From a virus (Duplodnaviria; Caudoviricetes), in the IMG/VR virus record IMGVR_UViG_3300035157_000038, positions 1 to 29,536 of that record: a DNA stretch of 29,536 nt; one strand, 5' to 3'. The position numbers and the translations under genes were made by a program. The notes under the pieces are model-generated. The model had not been told where the DNA came from. It did no database searches and saw only the letters and a list, made by a program, of their open reading frames with translations. Shown here in pieces: positions 24,761-29,536 of the stretch (the stretch's first letter is position 1; each line of letters starts with the position of its first letter).

Positions 24761-25241
24761 CATAGTAGAGTTTCCACAAAACTCATTTGAGCCTTTGCTC
24801 CTAAGCACTAAGGAGCATTTCGATAAGTATTGGGCGTACGCTGAACCATATGTTAAAGACTGTCTTGATAAAACTACACATGGTGAAATAGAGACACGCC
24901 ATATATATGAACGTGCGTTAGCTGCACAGATGTATGTAATTGTAGTTAAATCAGATGCTGGGCCAGAACCACAAGTAAAATTAGTTTTAGTTTTTGAACC
25001 ACGAATATATCCTAATCTACCTGCTCTTAATCTTTTAGCCATAGGTGGCTCTGACTTAAAAGCTCTTTCAGAAAAATACTGGGAAAAACTTTTAGGTTGG
25101 GCATATATGAATGGCGTTAGAGCTATAGAAGGATTAGTTGGAAATCCAGCTATGGAGCGTGTAGTAAAACGTTTAGGATTCAAACCAGTATATACTCATA
25201 TGAGATTAGATTTAACGGAGGCCCCAGATGAGACAAATTGA
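24741..25241 (+). CDS. GNAT-fold acyltransferase-like virion assembly protein (P22 gp14/T7 gp13 slot)
   Basis: LNLLAIGG...WAYMNGVRAIEG...AMERVVKRLGF resembles GNAT motifs A and B. It lies directly before the first ejection protein. Confidence 0.7.
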   Translation: MVQKSANIVEFPQNSFEPLLLSTKEHFDKYWAYAEPYVKDCLDKTTHGEIETRHIYERALAAQMYVIVVKSDAGPEPQVKLVLVFEPRIYPNLPALNLLAIGGSDLKALSEKYWEKLLGWAYMNGVRAIEGLVGNPAMERVVKRLGFKPVYTHMRLDLTEAPDETN

Positions 25242-26634
25242 TTATGTTAGCACTACAGCGCTAACACCCATAAACTTAGAACCTTACACTGAACATGGTG
25301 GTGGCGGGTTTAAGAAACTTGTATCGGTAGTTGCGATTGTTGCTATACCGATTGCAGCACCTATCATTGCTGGTTCAATAGGTTTGTCAACAGCAATCGG
25401 TTCTGCCATGGCTTCAGGTTTAGTTGGTGCAGGTTTAGGTGCAGCAGTTGGATCATATACTGGGCAAGGCATGAGAGCTGGTGCAATAATGGGTGGGCTT
25501 AGCGGAGCTTTGGCAGGGTATAGTAACCCAGGGGTATCCCGAGGTGGCGTTCAAAATCAACCATTTGCTGGTGAGTATTTCCGTCCTGAAGCATACCAAC
25601 AGCAAGTGTATGCAGACTTTTATGGCCCAGGTGCTGTTATGGATGGCTCTACAGGTCAATATATAACAGATAGCGCAGGTAATGTTGTAGGTGAAGCATC
25701 AACAGGTGTTACTTCTCAACAGCCTTCGTCTTTTGTAGATGGTGGTACAACTACAAGTACTATAAATACTCAGCCTGTTAATGTTAGCGGCACTGCTAGT
25801 AGTGGACAACTTTCAAATGCAGTCTATACACCAGGGGTAGATGGTGGAGGTGTTACCACTGCAAGTCTCCCTGGCTCAAGTATGGCGGGCAATCAAACAT
25901 TACAAAACCTAGGTACACAAACACAGGCAGCAAACCAAGCTAGTCTTCTATCTCGAACAGGTTCAGAGATTGCTGCTAGATTTACAGATCCTAAAGCATT
26001 AGCAGATGTATCTATTCAGGCGGGTATTAATCTAATCGGTGCAGAGCTAATGGGTGTCGGCGATATGTCCGATGAAGAAAAAGAACTTTTAGCAATGCAA
26101 AAGCAACAAATGGAAGAGCTTAAAGCCAGAGATAAAGAAGCATATGATTTTGCAATGAAACGAGCAAATGAGTTATATGCTATGGGTCAACGATTTGATC
26201 CAGAACAATTAGCTAGACAGTATTATGGAAAAGCCTCTCAAAGAGCAGGTTTAGCTAAACGAGATGCATTGCGTAATATCAACCCAGCAAACACAGCTCT
26301 AAGAGCTGCAGAAGAAAGACGTTTTAATCTTGGTGCAGCTGCTAATACAGGCTCAGCTTATGATAGAGGTATGATAGCTGGACTTAATCAACAAGCAAAC
26401 TACCTAAATAAGTCAGCTGCTGCGTTCCCGAATCAAGGTGGTAATTATAGTGCTGCACTGACAGGGCTTAACCAAACGTACGCAAATCTAGCAAAGAAAA
26501 AATCAGCTGCCCAACAAGGATTTAATCAGATGTTCGGGGCATTTGGAGTATCAGGCGGAGATGGTAATGACGATTATCGTGCAGGGCTAAGAGACGGGTT
26601 GTTTGGTACACGGAATACGTTTAGATTCTCATAG
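25228..26634 (+). CDS. DNA ejection protein (P22 gp7/T7 gp14-like)
   Basis: GGAGG RBS, HGGGG followed by Gly/Ala-rich hydrophobic helices, and a helical C-terminal half. Confidence 0.7.
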   Translation: MRQIDYVSTTALTPINLEPYTEHGGGGFKKLVSVVAIVAIPIAAPIIAGSIGLSTAIGSAMASGLVGAGLGAAVGSYTGQGMRAGAIMGGLSGALAGYSNPGVSRGGVQNQPFAGEYFRPEAYQQQVYADFYGPGAVMDGSTGQYITDSAGNVVGEASTGVTSQQPSSFVDGGTTTSTINTQPVNVSGTASSGQLSNAVYTPGVDGGGVTTASLPGSSMAGNQTLQNLGTQTQAANQASLLSRTGSEIAARFTDPKALADVSIQAGINLIGAELMGVGDMSDEEKELLAMQKQQMEELKARDKEAYDFAMKRANELYAMGQRFDPEQLARQYYGKASQRAGLAKRDALRNINPANTALRAAEERRFNLGAAANTGSAYDRGMIAGLNQQANYLNKSAAAFPNQGGNYSAALTGLNQTYANLAKKKSAAQQGFNQMFGAFGVSGGDGNDDYRAGLRDGLFGTRNTFRFS

Positions 26635-26643
26635 GAGGGAAGC

Positions 26644-28983
26644 ATGGCTTTATTAGATTTTTTAGCATCTGCGCTTCCTTCTAACCCACAGGAAGTAGAC
26701 GCTTTTAACACTGGTGCAAACCAGTATATGAATCGTAGACGCTTGGGTTTAGAAAATCAAAGGCTGCAACGAGAGGAAAACTTTCGTAAACTACAGATGG
26801 GTAATGTAATCCCACCTGCACAATTTGATACAAGTCAGTTAAGTGGTCAGATAAACACTGGCCTTAAAGATGTTCCTATAGAGAATCCCGAGCTTGGATT
26901 TACGCCTATCCCAGGCGCTGGTAACATGAAACCAAGACTAGGGCCTCCTGATGGAACATTTAACACAGGAGAAAAACCTACTGCAGGTTTAGATACCAGT
27001 AAAACAGTCATTGTCCCTGGAGATGAAAAAGGAAGTGGGTCTCAAGATCAGATAACAAAGCCTGAGTTTGGTGGCCCAGATTTGTCAATATTATTTCCAC
27101 AAGGTATTACACAAAAAGACGATGCATCAGATGAAGAAAAAGAAGCACTACATGTATTCGGACAACCTTGGAAAATTATGGATAAAAATGGTGGTAAGAT
27201 CCTTGTCCATAATGGTGTTGAGTATAACATTGTAGATGTTTTTAAGGATGGCAGTTCGTTTGTTCTTCAAGATAGATATGGCAGAAACACTGCGCCTCCT
27301 GCTCTACAAAACGCATTTACTCAGGGTCGTGCTAAAGGTATTACAAACACTGAGATAGTACCCGAAGATGCAACTGTTGAAACAAAAGCAGGTGCAGGTG
27401 CTATACGAAACAAATTTGTAAACAACGCAGTAAAAGCAGTCGACAACGACAGATTTAGAAACCTCCAAACGGAGATGACTATAGAGCAGGCTAGGTTGCT
27501 TGGCGTTGATCAGGGTAAAGCATTATCACTATTAGCAATCGAGTCTAATTTTGGTGGTGTAGATTTTACAAAAGGCCCAGCAAGAGGGGCGTTACAGATA
27601 GAAGAACCTGCGTATAAAGATGTCAAAGCATTCTATGCAGGTAAGACTCCAGCAGGTGTAGATGCTGCAGAATGGGCAAAACTAAAGCAAGCCGCAGCCC
27701 AACTACCAAAAAGTTTTCTCCAGCTAACTGACAATAGAGATCAGATTACAGCTGGGTTGTTATATTTTAGATTGATAGGATTCAAAGGAGTAGCCCCTGA
27801 GTTTCAAGGAGCTGCGTATAACGATGGGTACGGTAAATTTATAGGTATTAACTCACTTAAAGATGTAAAGAATTTTGCCAAAGGGCATGATTTCAAATCA
27901 GTAAACACATATAACCAAGCGTTTTTAAGTCTAAATGGTTATCTAAATAAAGTAGGTAACTATTACTATCCTGTTGGTGGTAATCAACCACCAGTAGCTA
28001 AAGTTGGCCCAGCCTCTGGAACGACTACTACAACTACAGGTAATACTGGTGGTACTGCAAATGCAGCTCCAAGCACTGTTACTACAAACAATCAAACAGT
28101 AGTAGATAACACTGGTAGAGCTATGAACGTTCAACCACAGAACGTAACAGATAGTGGTGCAGGTAAAGATAAAAGTGTTGTAACTGAAAATCTAAAAAAG
28201 CCAGACGATGGTGCGAAACGAATACAGAAGTTAGCTAGTGTACCTGACAGGTTAGGGTTTGAGTTTCAGAAAGCTATGGAAAACAGAAACATCTTAGCTC
28301 AAACTTTACAGAATATGCAAAAAGCAGGACTTACAGGAATAAACAGACCCGAGTATCAGAAGGGTATAGCTGATATTATGCTGCTTGATTCAATGCTGTA
28401 TGTAATGCAATCAGAGGATGCACTTATGTCCTTTGAGATGTCAGGTAATCCAGCAAGATTGAACGCTGTGATGGATGCGTTTACTGGTGGAGGAGCATTA
28501 ATACAAGCTAGAAACGATGGTAAGTTTGATTTTGTACGACCTGATGGCACAGTTATCTCAGGTTTAGAAGGGTTGTCAGCAGGACAAGTTAAACTAAATG
28601 CACGTACTATTTTTGATAAGAAGTATAGGCAGTCTATTGAAGCAGCAACAACAAAGAGAAATGAAGCTATCTTTGAATCTAAGCTAAAACAAATTGAAGA
28701 AGCCGCAAAGATTAACGCACAAGCTCAAGCAGATATGATTAAAGAATTAGTAAAAACACAAACTAACATGGATATGAAAGTTGAAGACAGCGGTAGACTT
28801 ATAATTACTTCTAAAGGTGGCAAACCAATAGCAGCATTTCAAAAACAGTTTGTTGAAGAAACAACACCTGATGGCGATACTATAGAACTAGAAAAGTATG
28901 TATCTATTCCTATCGACAGTTTTGATTTTGGGGTTGGTAATAGCTACATGGATCAAATAGCTAATATAGGTAAAGGGAAATGA
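26644..28983 (+). CDS. Ejection protein with an internal lytic transglycosylase (SLT/lysozyme-like) domain
   Basis: AGGAGG RBS. Motif I LAIESNFG, motif II GALQI, motif III AAYNDG, flanked by low-complexity linkers. Confidence 0.8.
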   Translation: MALLDFLASALPSNPQEVDAFNTGANQYMNRRRLGLENQRLQREENFRKLQMGNVIPPAQFDTSQLSGQINTGLKDVPIENPELGFTPIPGAGNMKPRLGPPDGTFNTGEKPTAGLDTSKTVIVPGDEKGSGSQDQITKPEFGGPDLSILFPQGITQKDDASDEEKEALHVFGQPWKIMDKNGGKILVHNGVEYNIVDVFKDGSSFVLQDRYGRNTAPPALQNAFTQGRAKGITNTEIVPEDATVETKAGAGAIRNKFVNNAVKAVDNDRFRNLQTEMTIEQARLLGVDQGKALSLLAIESNFGGVDFTKGPARGALQIEEPAYKDVKAFYAGKTPAGVDAAEWAKLKQAAAQLPKSFLQLTDNRDQITAGLLYFRLIGFKGVAPEFQGAAYNDGYGKFIGINSLKDVKNFAKGHDFKSVNTYNQAFLSLNGYLNKVGNYYYPVGGNQPPVAKVGPASGTTTTTTGNTGGTANAAPSTVTTNNQTVVDNTGRAMNVQPQNVTDSGAGKDKSVVTENLKKPDDGAKRIQKLASVPDRLGFEFQKAMENRNILAQTLQNMQKAGLTGINRPEYQKGIADIMLLDSMLYVMQSEDALMSFEMSGNPARLNAVMDAFTGGGALIQARNDGKFDFVRPDGTVISGLEGLSAGQVKLNARTIFDKKYRQSIEAATTKRNEAIFESKLKQIEEAAKINAQAQADMIKELVKTQTNMDMKVEDSGRLIITSKGGKPIAAFQKQFVEETTPDGDTIELEKYVSIPIDSFDFGVGNSYMDQIANIGKGK

Positions 28984-28984
28984 T

Positions 28985-29536
28985 ATGGCTGTTGAGGATC
29001 TAAACCCTTACGGTCAAGCAGGGCTACAATCATTCCAATCAAGAACATTAGATGCTATGGACGCCAGTCCTGATGTAGCTAGGGTTACAGACAATTATTC
29101 TATATATGGCATGGATCAGCTTGCAGCACCTAATACAGCTGATCTAGCAGCTTTTGGTGCGGCTTTAGTTCAAGAGCCTGATATAAAAGAACCTAGCGTT
29201 GGGTTCAACAAAACTACAAACCAAGTGTTTGTTAATGGTCTTACCTTTGATGCTGACGATTACCAAACTGCAGACAGATCTGCTAGTGCGGAATACCTAG
29301 AAAGAACACCTACAGGATTACCTAGTGGGTTTGATCGTATGTCTCCTGAGGTGTATGGAGAATACATCAGGAACATAAGAGACCCAGGCAAACTACGCCT
29401 GATGGGTAAGAATTTTGGTATTGGTGTCGATAACCTACAAATGTTAGGTGGTGCTGGGGCAGTTTTTTTAGGTGATTCACTAGGACTTGAGAGTCTTAGC
29501 GGTTTTGGCAGAGATGTCATTACACAACAACAAGAA
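28985..29536 (+). CDS. Partial large ejection/internal virion protein (MAVEDLNPYGQAGLQ...)
   Basis: Not in the ORF track. TGATATG coupling and 184 open codons to the window end, in the third ejection-protein slot. Confidence 0.8.
   Translation, partial: MAVEDLNPYGQAGLQSFQSRTLDAMDASPDVARVTDNYSIYGMDQLAAPNTADLAAFGAALVQEPDIKEPSVGFNKTTNQVFVNGLTFDADDYQTADRSASAEYLERTPTGLPSGFDRMSPEVYGEYIRNIRDPGKLRLMGKNFGIGVDNLQMLGGAGAVFLGDSLGLESLSGFGRDVITQQQE

Noticed and set aside
373-29520. Remaining minus-strand and nested ORFs in the track
   Set aside because: All lie within well-supported plus-strand genes, have Ser/Leu/Ile-biased shadow composition and show no recognisable motifs.
1-29536. Stop-codon reassignment, introns or inteins
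   Set aside because: Genes tile the plus strand densely in the standard code using TAA, TAG and TGA. TerL, portal and capsid are uninterrupted and of normal size.

Overview
This window is the virion-morphogenesis arm of a tailed dsDNA bacteriophage with a podovirus-like (P22/T7-style) structural module. It is probably an environmental or marine proteobacterial phage, which is an inference from the gene families. A divergent control region (about 134-455) separates a partial leftward gene from one tightly packed rightward block. The block begins with putative TerS, TerL, portal, scaffold, HK97-fold major capsid and a decoration protein. Three small basic proteins, two adaptor-like proteins and about 9 kb of fibre/receptor-binding genes follow, three of which share a paralogous N-terminal anchor. 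It ends with a membrane-protein-rich lysis cassette (3TM holin, M15 endolysin), a nozzle, a GNAT-like protein and large ejection proteins, one with a lytic transglycosylase domain. The ORF track misses several real genes (1-133 minus, 7899-8054, 19159-19299, 19301-19408, 28985-end) and gives some wrong starts. The most interesting signals are: an anti-Shine-Dalgarno-rich, terminator-capped RNA-like element after terL; apparent total avoidance of CCGG; an EF-hand membrane protein plus two polycationic peptides in a lysis cassette with no visible spanin; a leaderless TerS within a mirrored promoter/operator region; and a GNAT next to an H-GGGG ejection protein. No tRNA, rRNA, CRISPR array, integrase, transposase or reverse transcriptase was seen. 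All family assignments come from motif recognition, not database searches.
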